Source of the DNA: Fibrobacteria bacterium
GTDB taxonomy: Bacteria > Fibrobacterota > Fibrobacteria > UBA11236
Assembly: GCA_050486505.1 (NCBI GenBank)
Contig: JBJHDK010000048.1
Location: forward strand, 1 to 17,915
Length of the DNA: 17,915 nt
Direction of reading: 5' to 3'
The notes below the pieces were generated by a model. The model saw only the letters and a program-made list of their open reading frames with translations. It had not been told where the DNA came from and ran no database searches. This document shows positions 1 to 7,172 of this stretch, piece by piece (within the stretch, counting starts at the first letter, position 1; each line of letters begins with the position of its first letter). Both the position numbers and the translations under genes were made by a program.

Positions 1-38
1 TTGATGTAGGGGCAAATAATCATTTGCCCCTACATCAA
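1..38. repeat. GTAG-tagged REP-like perfect palindrome (17-bp arms, 4-nt loop AATC)
   Basis: ttgatgtaggggcaaat-aatc-atttgcccctacatcaa. Bases 4-34 match 4616-4646 at 30/31 positions. Confidence 0.9.
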
Positions 39-47
39 CATCACGTC

Positions 48-671
48 ATGTCGCAGTTGGCCCGCCGCCTCGCCCTCTTTCTCGCGCTCCTCTGGGTCCG
101 CACCCTCCGCGTCCGCTTCGACTCTCCGGAACCGCTGCCTCCCTCCGGCGTCCTCGTGTTGTGGCACGAGCACATGTTGCCCTGCCTGCGCGCCTTTGCG
201 GGGCGCGACATGCGCGTGCTGGTGTCGCGCAGCCGCGACGGGGAATTCGGCGCACGTGCGGCGGAAGTGCTGGGCTACCGTGTCGTCCGCGGTTCGACCA
301 GCCGTGGCGGATCCGGGGCATTGAAGGAACTCGCACGACAGCTCGCACAAGAAGGAGGGTGGGTCGCCTTCGTGGCCGACGGCCCGCGCGGCCCCCGCCG
401 CATCGCCAAGCCGGGTGCCGTGTGGCTGGCGCGGCATGCGGGTGTCCCGGTCGTCGCTGTGACCGCGCGGGCTCCTTTCGGGTTCTCCCTGCGAAGCTGG
501 GATCGCTGCAGGATTCCGTTTCCGTTTTCGCGAGTCTTCCTGCGCGTTTCGGAGCCCACCCATCCACACACGGCGCGCGATCTCGAAGCAATCCTGCGCG
601 TGCTCGAAGAAAATCCTGCGGCCGCGGTTCACGCTTCCTTGCAGGCAACGATTCATTTCGACCGGAGGTGA
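48..671 (+). CDS. DUF374 / lysophospholipid acyltransferase-like protein
   Basis: Motifs LWH, VSRSRDGE, RGSTSRGG, ADGPRGP and SWDRxxIPxPF. Start moved from the TTG at 24, which lies inside the palindrome, to ATG 48. Confidence 0.85.
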   Translation: MSQLARRLALFLALLWVRTLRVRFDSPEPLPPSGVLVLWHEHMLPCLRAFAGRDMRVLVSRSRDGEFGARAAEVLGYRVVRGSTSRGGSGALKELARQLAQEGGWVAFVADGPRGPRRIAKPGAVWLARHAGVPVVAVTARAPFGFSLRSWDRCRIPFPFSRVFLRVSEPTHPHTARDLEAILRVLEENPAAAVHASLQATIHFDRR

Positions 672-737
672 CCTCTCGTCGATTTTTTATCCTTCCCCGT
701 TCGCGATGAACGCGCGGCGACACCAACGCCTGCCGCT

Positions 738-772
738 CATTGCCCACTGTTCACTACACACTGTCCACTCTT
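738..772 (+). repeat. Degenerate heptamer tandem array (CACTGTY-like, 5 units)
   Basis: cattgcc cactgtt cactaca cactgtc cactctt, just upstream of the exonuclease RBS. Confidence 0.75.
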
Positions 773-795
773 TATCATCCTCCGGAGAACTCTTC

Positions 796-1440
796 GTGCT
801 TCCCTTCATCACCCTCGTAGCTTTCGACGTTGAAACCACCGGCCTCGAGGCCGACAAGGAAGACATCATCGAGCTCGCGGGGGTGAAATTCACGCTGGAG
901 CGCAAGGACGGCAAGCTCGTCGCGAAGGAAACCGCGCAGTTCCAGAGCCTCGCCAAACCCTCGAAGCGCATTCCCGAGGAAGCGACGCGCATCAACAACA
1001 TCACCAATCAGATGGTGGAGGATGCGCCGGAGCTCAAGACCGTGCTGCAGGGGTTCTTCCGCTTCTGCGGGCTCAGTTCGGTGCTGGTCGCGCACAACGC
1101 GGCCTTCGACGCGGCTTTCGTGGCCAAGGCGGTGCGGCGCAACGCGCTCGTGATGCCGCAGCATCCCGTGGTCGACAGCCTCAAGTTCATCCGCAAGCTC
1201 ATGCCGGAATACGCGTCGTACAAGCTCGGCGAGGTGGCGCGCAAACTCGGCGACCAGACCAGCCTGACGTTGAACGAGGCCGAGTTGCACCGCGCCACCT
1301 ACGACTGCATCGTGCTCAAGGAGGTCTTCACCGCCTGCCTGCGCAAGCGCTTCCAGGACAAGGACCTCGCAATGGACTGCGCGCTCAAGTCGCTCGAAAG
1401 CCTGCACGGCCCCGCGCTGCGCTTCGCCCAGTTCGCCTGA
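796..1440 (+). CDS. DEDDh 3'-5' exonuclease (DNA polymerase III epsilon/DnaQ-like)
   Basis: ExoI FDVETTG, ExoII AHNAAFD, ExoIII HRATYD. GTG start at 796 with GGAGA at 784-788. The ORF-track extension to 706 runs through the heptamer array. Confidence 0.9.
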   Translation: MLPFITLVAFDVETTGLEADKEDIIELAGVKFTLERKDGKLVAKETAQFQSLAKPSKRIPEEATRINNITNQMVEDAPELKTVLQGFFRFCGLSSVLVAHNAAFDAAFVAKAVRRNALVMPQHPVVDSLKFIRKLMPEYASYKLGEVARKLGDQTSLTLNEAELHRATYDCIVLKEVFTACLRKRFQDKDLAMDCALKSLESLHGPALRFAQFA

Positions 1441-1458
1441 CCCGACAAGGTGCAGACC

Positions 1459-1971
1459 ATGAAGAAAACCCCGTCATCCTCATCCGTTCCGGGCGACGCC
1501 GAGGGGCTTCCCGTGGTTGTCGCATACACCGACGGGTGCTGCCTCGGAAATCCCGGACCCGGCGGCTGGGGCGCGGTGCTGCTTAGTGGCGGGAACCGTA
1601 AGGAAATCTCCGGCGGCTTCAGGCGCACGACCAACAACCGCATGGAGATCCTCGCGGTGATCCGCGCGCTGGAGGCGCTCAAGGGCCGCTGCGACGTGAC
1701 CATTCACACAGACTCGCAGTACGTCACGAAGGCGATGAACGAGGGGTGGGCCGAAGGCTGGAAGTCGCGTGGGTGGCGCACCGCCTCGAAGCAACCCGCC
1801 ATGAATCCGGATTTGTGGGAGCAGCTGCTGCGCATCCGCCTGAAGCACCGCGTCACCTTCAACTGGGTCAAGGGTCACAGCGGCGTCGAAGAGAACGAGC
1901 GCGCCGACCGGCTCGCCAACGAAGCCGCGAGAGGAGAGGATCTCCCTGCGGATCCGGGGTATGGGCAGTGA
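1459..1971 (+). CDS. rnhA: Ribonuclease HI
   Basis: YTDGxCLGNPGPGGWG, TTNNRME, HTDSQYV, NPDLW, WVKGHSG..NERAD. ATG 1459 follows AAGGTG. Confidence 0.97.
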   Translation: MKKTPSSSSVPGDAEGLPVVVAYTDGCCLGNPGPGGWGAVLLSGGNRKEISGGFRRTTNNRMEILAVIRALEALKGRCDVTIHTDSQYVTKAMNEGWAEGWKSRGWRTASKQPAMNPDLWEQLLRIRLKHRVTFNWVKGHSGVEENERADRLANEAARGEDLPADPGYGQ

Positions 1972-2002
1972 TGAGTGATGAGTTCGAGTGACGAGTTGCG
2001 AG
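1967..2002 (+). repeat. Heptamer tandem array (GAGTNAY family), left arm, overlapping the rnhA stop
   Basis: agtgatg agtgatg agttcg agtgacg agttgcg ag. Confidence 0.8.
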
Positions 2003-2086
2003 AGAGGGTGAAACATGAATGACAGATTTCAATGATTCATCGAAAGGACGCAGGGGTGTTTCGCACAACCCCACGCCCTATATTTC

Positions 2087-2125
2087 ACTCGTAACTCATG
2101 ACTCATGACTCATAACTCATAACTC
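2087..2125 (+). repeat. Heptamer tandem array (ACTCATR), inverted partner of 1967-2002
   Basis: actcgta actcatg actcatg actcata actcata actc. A single base separates it from the tauE ATG. Confidence 0.9.
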
Positions 2126-2126
2126 C

Positions 2127-2894
2127 ATGGAATACCTCCTCATCTCCCTCGTCGCGCTGGTTGCCGCGGGACTGACGCTCTTCTCGGGTTTCGGATTGGG
2201 GACGTTGCTGCTGCCGGCCTTCGCGCTGTTCTTTCCCGTGCCCGCGGCCATCGCCATGACCGCCGTGGTGCACCTCGCCAACAACCTGTTCAAGCTCGCG
2301 CTGGTCGGCAAATATGCGCACCTCGGCACCGTGCTGCGCTTCGGTGTCACCGCCGTGCCCGCGGCGTGGATCGGTGCGCTCTGGCTGCGTCATCTCGGCG
2401 AACTTGAACCCCTGTTCCGCTACACGCTCGCGGGCGCGGAGTTCTTCGTGACTCCCGTGAAGCTGTGCATCGCCGGGCTGCTCGCCGCCTTCGCGGTGCT
2501 GGAAGCTTCTCCCGCGTTCTCGCGCCTGGCGTTCCCGCCCAAGTGGCTGCCTCTGGGCGGCGCGCTCAGCGGATTCTTCGGCGGGCTCTCAGGTCAGCAG
2601 GGCGCGCTGCGGAGCATCTTCCTCCTGCGCGCGGAGCTCGGCAAGGAGGGATTCATCGGCACGGGGGTCGTGCTCGCCTGCCTTGTGGACATCACGCGCC
2701 TGCCGCTCTATGCGGAACACTTTACCGGCGGGGGCATGAATCCACCGTTGGTGACGCTGGCGGTCTTGAGCGCGTGGCTGGGTTCGTACTTCGGCGCGCG
2801 CCTGTTCCCCAAGACCACGTACGCGACCGTGCAGCGCGCCGTCGCGGGATTGCTGATTGTGCTGGCTGCGTTGATCGGCGCGGGGATCGTGTAG
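2127..2894 (+). CDS. Sulfite exporter TauE/SafE (TSUP) family membrane protein
   Basis: Multi-TM hydrophobic protein with two repeated halves: SGFGLGTLLLP and GALSGFFGGLSGxQGALR. Confidence 0.88.
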   Translation: MEYLLISLVALVAAGLTLFSGFGLGTLLLPAFALFFPVPAAIAMTAVVHLANNLFKLALVGKYAHLGTVLRFGVTAVPAAWIGALWLRHLGELEPLFRYTLAGAEFFVTPVKLCIAGLLAAFAVLEASPAFSRLAFPPKWLPLGGALSGFFGGLSGQQGALRSIFLLRAELGKEGFIGTGVVLACLVDITRLPLYAEHFTGGGMNPPLVTLAVLSAWLGSYFGARLFPKTTYATVQRAVAGLLIVLAALIGAGIV

Positions 2895-2937
2895 CTCCCG
2901 GCGGGCAGGCAGATGCGGACTCGCGACAGGACTCCCT

Positions 2938-2965
2938 GTAAGGGCGACCTGCGGGTCGCCCTTAC
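2938..2965. repeat. GTAA-tagged REP-like perfect palindrome (12-bp arms)
   Basis: gtaagggcgacc-tgcg-ggtcgcccttac. Near-identical copy at 16990-17017. Confidence 0.88.
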
Positions 2966-2979
2966 CTACCTTTGGCCCC

Positions 2980-4101
2980 ATGTCTCCCACCTCCCTCGAC
3001 GTCCTCTCCGTCCCCCGCGCGGCGCTGGCCGCGGAGGTGGCGCCCCTGCACGGCAAGCCGGGCAAGGGCGCGTACCACGCCGATGCGCTCTTCCGGGCGC
3101 TGCACCGGGACGGTACCTTCAACCCCGGAGCCATGCCCGAATTCGCTGACAACCCCGCGCTCGCCGCGCGCGTCGGGGAACGCTTCCGGCTCGACCTTCC
3201 GGAGATCGCCGCGCGACAGGGAGACGGCGACACGTTCAAGATCCTGCTGAAGCTGCGCGACGGCCTCGAGTGCGAGAGCGTCGTGATCCCCATGAAACAG
3301 TACAAGACCCTGTGCGTCTCCTCGCAGGTGGGATGCAAGATGGGGTGCCGTTTCTGCGAGACCGCCCAGATGGGGTTCCTGCGCAACCTCACGGCAGGCG
3401 AGATCGTGGCGCAGGTGTTCATCGCCCGCCACGTCCTCGGGGAACCCGTGGAGAACATCGTGTTCATGGGCATGGGCGAACCGACCGACAACCTCGATGC
3501 CGTCATCGACGCCATCCGCGTGATCACCGACCCGCGCGGCTATGCCATCCCGCCGCGCGCGATCACCTTGTCCACCGTCGGCAACGTCCCCGGGATCGAC
3601 CGGCTGGCAGGGCTTGCGAAGATTCCCCTGACGGAGGGCGGCCTGCGCGGCCTGCGCCTCGCCGTCTCGCTCAACGCTCCTGACGACTCCGTGCGCGGCG
3701 ACATCATGCCGGTCAACGGCGCGTGGGACATGGCCGCCCTGAAGGACGCGCTGAAGCGCTGGCCCTTCGCGCGGCGCGACGACTTCATCTTCGTGGAATA
3801 CGTGCTCATCGCCGACGTCAACGACGGCCCCGGGCACGCGCGCCTGCTGGCGGACTGGCTCCGCGACCTGAACGCCTGCGTCAACCTCATCCCCTACAAT
3901 CCGCGCCGTGAATCCCCCTACGCGCGCCCCTCGGGCGAACGCGTGAACGCGTTCTTCCTGGAGATGCAGGAACTGGGGCAGCGGTGCCGGATCCGCGGAA
4001 CCAAGGGGGACGGTGCCATGGCCGCTTGCGGCCAGCTCGGCAACCGTGCCCTGTCGAAGCGGGGACGCCGCCGGAATCCCCCCGTCAAGGAGGTCGCATG
4101 A
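2980..4101 (+). CDS. rlmN: Radical SAM RNA methyltransferase RlmN family (23S rRNA A2503 C2)
   Basis: CVSSQVGCKMGCRFC (CxxxCxxC plus the upstream catalytic Cys), MGMGEP, EYVLI, VNLIPYN, AACGQL. Confidence 0.9.
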   Translation: MSPTSLDVLSVPRAALAAEVAPLHGKPGKGAYHADALFRALHRDGTFNPGAMPEFADNPALAARVGERFRLDLPEIAARQGDGDTFKILLKLRDGLECESVVIPMKQYKTLCVSSQVGCKMGCRFCETAQMGFLRNLTAGEIVAQVFIARHVLGEPVENIVFMGMGEPTDNLDAVIDAIRVITDPRGYAIPPRAITLSTVGNVPGIDRLAGLAKIPLTEGGLRGLRLAVSLNAPDDSVRGDIMPVNGAWDMAALKDALKRWPFARRDDFIFVEYVLIADVNDGPGHARLLADWLRDLNACVNLIPYNPRRESPYARPSGERVNAFFLEMQELGQRCRIRGTKGDGAMAACGQLGNRALSKRGRRRNPPVKEVA

Positions 4102-4601
4102 GACATGTTGATCCATTCATCGTCGCGAAGATTTCTTCGCCGCTCGGTCCCCTGCTCGCCTATGCGGACACCGACGGGAAAGGGCTCGTCGCGCTCGACT
4201 TCCCTGGGTCGAAGCCCGTCGCGGGCATCGCCATGGTCGCACCGGAAAAGCACCCCGCGCTCAAGGCCGCCGCACGGGCGCTGCGCGACTACTTCGACAA
4301 GCAGGCGCCGTTGCCGCGCGGACTGAGCGCCGTGCGCGGCGGGACCGCGTTTCAGCGCAAGGTGTGGAAGGCTATCGCGCGCATTCCCTTCGGGAAGGTG
4401 AAAACCTACGGCGAGATCGCACGCGAGATCGGGTCTCCGAACGCCGCGCGCGCCGTGGGTGCCGCCTGCGGCGCGAATCCCCTGCCGCTCTTCGTTCCGT
4501 GCCACCGCGTCGTCGCCTCGAACGGTGCGCTCGGCGGCTTCAGCGGAGGGTTGGGGATCAAGAAAAAATTGTTGCGGTTGGAAAACGTCACGTTGTTGTA
4601 G
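4098..4601 (+). CDS. ogt: Methylated-DNA--protein-cysteine S-methyltransferase
   Basis: GTAFQRKVW, IPFG..TYG, AARAVG, active-site PCHRV. ATGA overlap with the rlmN stop and AAGGAGG RBS at 4087-4093. Confidence 0.95.
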   Translation: MRHVDPFIVAKISSPLGPLLAYADTDGKGLVALDFPGSKPVAGIAMVAPEKHPALKAAARALRDYFDKQAPLPRGLSAVRGGTAFQRKVWKAIARIPFGKVKTYGEIAREIGSPNAARAVGAACGANPLPLFVPCHRVVASNGALGGFSGGLGIKKKLLRLENVTLL

Positions 4602-4658
4602 GGGCGTGTAGGGGCATGTAAGGGCAAATAATCATTTGCCCCTACACGCCCCTACAAC
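4595..4658. repeat. Compound (nested) GTAG-tagged REP-like palindrome between convergent genes
   Basis: 22-bp perfect arms 4595-4616 / 4637-4658 built from 10-nt units, plus an extra tgtaagggca unit. The core matches the palindrome at 1-38. Confidence 0.9.
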
Positions 4659-4685
4659 ACAACGCCCACGCAACAATGTGCCCGA

Positions 4686-5762
4686 TCACCCCACTGTCAG
4701 CATCCACCCACGCAATTCCTCCCACGCCTTCTCCGGATCCAGCCGCCATTGCGCGCGGTCTTCGCGGCTGACCGGGGGCTCGGCGCCGAGGGTTTCCAGT
4801 GTCCACGCGGGCTTCGAGCCGGGACGACGCAGGATCAGGTGGGGGGAGACGTCGCCGAGTTCTTCCCACCCGCCGAACGGCCCGGTGCGGCGCTCGTCGG
4901 AGGGACCGAAGCAGGCGGCGCAGGGCGCGCCCGCCGCGGCGGCCAGGGGCAGCATGCCGCTGTCGCCTCCGAGGAAGAAGCGCGAGGCCCGCAGCAATCC
5001 CGCGGTTTCCGCCAACGAACGGGTCGGCACGGTGGCGACGGCTTCGCGACATCCCATCGTGACCGCCGCGCGCAGGGCGTGTTCCTCGGGACCACCCACG
5101 AGTACGCAGCGCCATCCGGTTTCGCGATGCACGCGCAGAATCAAGTCCGAGAACAATTCAGGAGAGAAGCGCTTCTCGATCACGCCGCGCGCCGAACCCG
5201 AGCCGGGATGGCAGGCGAAGAACGGGTCGGCGGGCACGCCGGCGGGCAGCACGGGGTCGAAGGGAAGGAATGGCTTCGGAGGGTTTACGGCCGGGTCGCG
5301 GAGGAACGCGTCCGCAAGCCGAAGGTTCTGCCGCACGTCGTGCGCGTCGGCGAGCGGCAGGGAGTGGTGCTGCGTCCACTCTGGCAAACGCTGGTGCGGG
5401 TAGCGGAACCCCATGCGAAAGTCCGCGCCGGCGAGACGATGAAAGAACGCGTCGCGCGTGCGGAATGCGGGGAACAGGGAGAGGCTGTGCGTGAAGCGTT
5501 CAGCCCGCAGTTTTTTGAGGAGGGTCATGGCCTGGCGTTTTCCCTCCCGTTCGGGATCCCATGCGTGCACCTCTCCGAAAAGGGGACTCTGCCGCGCCAT
5601 CCATGCGATGTCGTAGCCCGTGGCCAGCGCGACCAGCCGCTCGGCCCCGATGGCTTGGGACAAGACCTTGAGGGCAGGGGTCGCATGGATGAACCGGCCG
5701 ATGCCTTCGGGGCACAGCACGAGGGTTCGTCCTTCGCGGGGATCCTTGAACACTTTTGCCAC
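4686..5762 (-). CDS. Glycosyltransferase family 9 (heptosyltransferase-like) protein
   Basis: GIGxxxxATP N-terminal motif, HPGS..KRF, LVGGPEE, GGDSG..LAAA.G.P..CFGPS. Start uncertain (GTG 5762 chosen, TTG 5783 possible). Confidence 0.85.
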   Translation of the reverse strand: MAKVFKDPREGRTLVLCPEGIGRFIHATPALKVLSQAIGAERLVALATGYDIAWMARQSPLFGEVHAWDPEREGKRQAMTLLKKLRAERFTHSLSLFPAFRTRDAFFHRLAGADFRMGFRYPHQRLPEWTQHHSLPLADAHDVRQNLRLADAFLRDPAVNPPKPFLPFDPVLPAGVPADPFFACHPGSGSARGVIEKRFSPELFSDLILRVHRETGWRCVLVGGPEEHALRAAVTMGCREAVATVPTRSLAETAGLLRASRFFLGGDSGMLPLAAAAGAPCAACFGPSDERRTGPFGGWEELGDVSPHLILRRPGSKPAWTLETLGAEPPVSREDRAQWRLDPEKAWEELRGWMLTVG

Positions 5763-5860
5763 GGCGGGAAAGATACGCCACAATGGAGCGCCACAAGCCC
5801 CTTGTTACATTGCGCGACTGCGCCGCGCCCCTTCGGCACCGTCGCCCGCGAGGTTCCCCC

Positions 5861-7048
5861 ATGAAAATCCTGATGCTTACCTCGGTTTATCCCCGCGCCG
5901 AAGGCGACGCGGAGGTGCCGTGGATGCGCGAGACGGTGCGACGCCTGCGCGCGCGCGGACACGAGGTCGAGATCCTCGCGCCCGCGTGGAAGGGGCTGCG
6001 TTCCCACACGATCGATGGTGCGCCCGTGCACCGCTTCCGCTATGCTCCCGCCGGTCTCGAGATGCTCACGGGGGAGGAGGGGGCGCCCGCGCGCCTCGCG
6101 CGCAAGCCGTGGCTTCAGTTGCTCGCGATTCCCTACATCCTGTGCGGCGCGACCGCCTGCCTTCGCCTCGCCCTGCGGCGCAAGCCCGACGTGTTGCACG
6201 TGCACTGGCCCTTTCCGCACGGGTTGATGGCCCTGCCGACGCGCTGGTTGGCGCGCGTTCCCATGCTTCCCAACTTCCACGGCGCGGAACTTCTCATGGC
6301 CGCGCGCAAGCGGTGGATCCGTCCGTTGCTCCGTCTGGTGCTGCGCAACGCGCGCCTGGCGATCGTGAACAGCGCCTTCACCGCTGCGCGCGTGACGGCC
6401 TTGCGCGACCTCCCCGTGCGCGTGGTCCCCTACGGGACGACCTTGGGAGAAGGGGCGCCGGCCGCGCGCCACGAGGCGGGCAATCCCTTCCGTGCGCTCT
6501 TCGTCGGGCGGCACATCGAGCGCAAGGGGATTCCCCATCTCATCAAGGCTTTCGGGATGCTGCCGCCCGGGCGCTTCGAGCTGGTGATCGTGGGGGAAGG
6601 CGACCAGACGGAAGCCCTGCGCGCGCAGGCAGCCGCGCTTCCGGGCGCGCGGATCCGCTTCACCGGAAAACTCTCCGCCGAGGCGCTGCGGCGCGAGTAT
6701 GTCTCCGCACATGCCTTCGTGCTGCCCGCGGTGATCGATTCGCGCGGCGATACGGAGGGGTTGGGGGTCGTGCTTGTCGAAGCGGCGGAGTGCGGTCTGC
6801 CGTTGGTCGCGAGCACGGTCGGCGGCATCACGGACGTGGTCGAAGACGGGGTGACCGGACTCGCCCTGCCTCCGGGAGATGCGGAAGCCATCGCGGCCGC
6901 CCTGCTTCGCCTGGAGTCCGACCCGGCGTTGCGCGAGCGCCTCGTCGCCGGGGCCCGTGCCCGCGTGCGCGAGCTCTTCGACTGGGAGCGCATCCTCGAC
7001 AAGCTCGAAGACGGCTACCGGGAAGCTGCGGACACGAACAGATCGTAA
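5861..7048 (+). CDS. Glycosyltransferase family 4 protein
   Basis: MKILMLTSVYP, HVHW, FVGRHIERKG, EGLGVVLVE (Ex7E). GAGG RBS at 5850-5853. Confidence 0.93.
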   Translation: MKILMLTSVYPRAEGDAEVPWMRETVRRLRARGHEVEILAPAWKGLRSHTIDGAPVHRFRYAPAGLEMLTGEEGAPARLARKPWLQLLAIPYILCGATACLRLALRRKPDVLHVHWPFPHGLMALPTRWLARVPMLPNFHGAELLMAARKRWIRPLLRLVLRNARLAIVNSAFTAARVTALRDLPVRVVPYGTTLGEGAPAARHEAGNPFRALFVGRHIERKGIPHLIKAFGMLPPGRFELVIVGEGDQTEALRAQAAALPGARIRFTGKLSAEALRREYVSAHAFVLPAVIDSRGDTEGLGVVLVEAAECGLPLVASTVGGITDVVEDGVTGLALPPGDAEAIAAALLRLESDPALRERLVAGARARVRELFDWERILDKLEDGYREAADTNRS

Positions 7049-7087
7049 CGCTTGGGTCCGTGTGCGGCCTTTCGGCTGCCTCCCGTT

Positions 7088-7115
7088 CGCTGGTCGCTGT
7101 TTGCTGTCCGCTTTC
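7088..7115 (+). repeat. Degenerate heptamer tandem array (YGCTGTY-like, 4 units)
   Basis: cgctggt cgctgtt tgctgtc cgctttc upstream of ileS. Resembles the 738-772 array. Confidence 0.65.
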
Positions 7116-7172
7116 TTCCTAAATTTCCCGGTTCCATCCCCTAAAAACCCCCGGAAATACGCAGAAAACCCC

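Noticed and set aside
1255..1272. QTSLTL as a beta-clamp binding motif in the exonuclease
   Set aside because: It is a weak match and lies inside the catalytic domain between ExoII and ExoIII.
796..1971. DnaQ-like and rnhA adjacency as a novel system
   Set aside because: Linkage of dnaQ and rnhA is a well-known housekeeping neighbourhood.
1967..2125. Possible CRISPR array among the short repeats
   Set aside because: The units are 7-nt tandem repeats without unique spacers, the palindromes are dispersed rather than regularly spaced, and there are no cas genes.
2891..2910. gtagctcccggcgggcaggc at the tauE stop as another GTAG element
   Set aside because: It shares only the GTAG tag and a cccggcggg core. 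The arms are too degenerate to support a call.
2980..4101. Cfr-type resistance methyltransferase
   Set aside because: MGMGEP and CVSSQVGC match RlmN rather than the Cfr-type MGMGEA/SSQCGC, and there is no mobile context.
7049..7172. T-box riboswitch upstream of ileS
   Set aside because: The intergenic region is only about 124 nt, with no T-box UGGNACC motif or terminator. It holds a heptamer array and a possible -10 instead.
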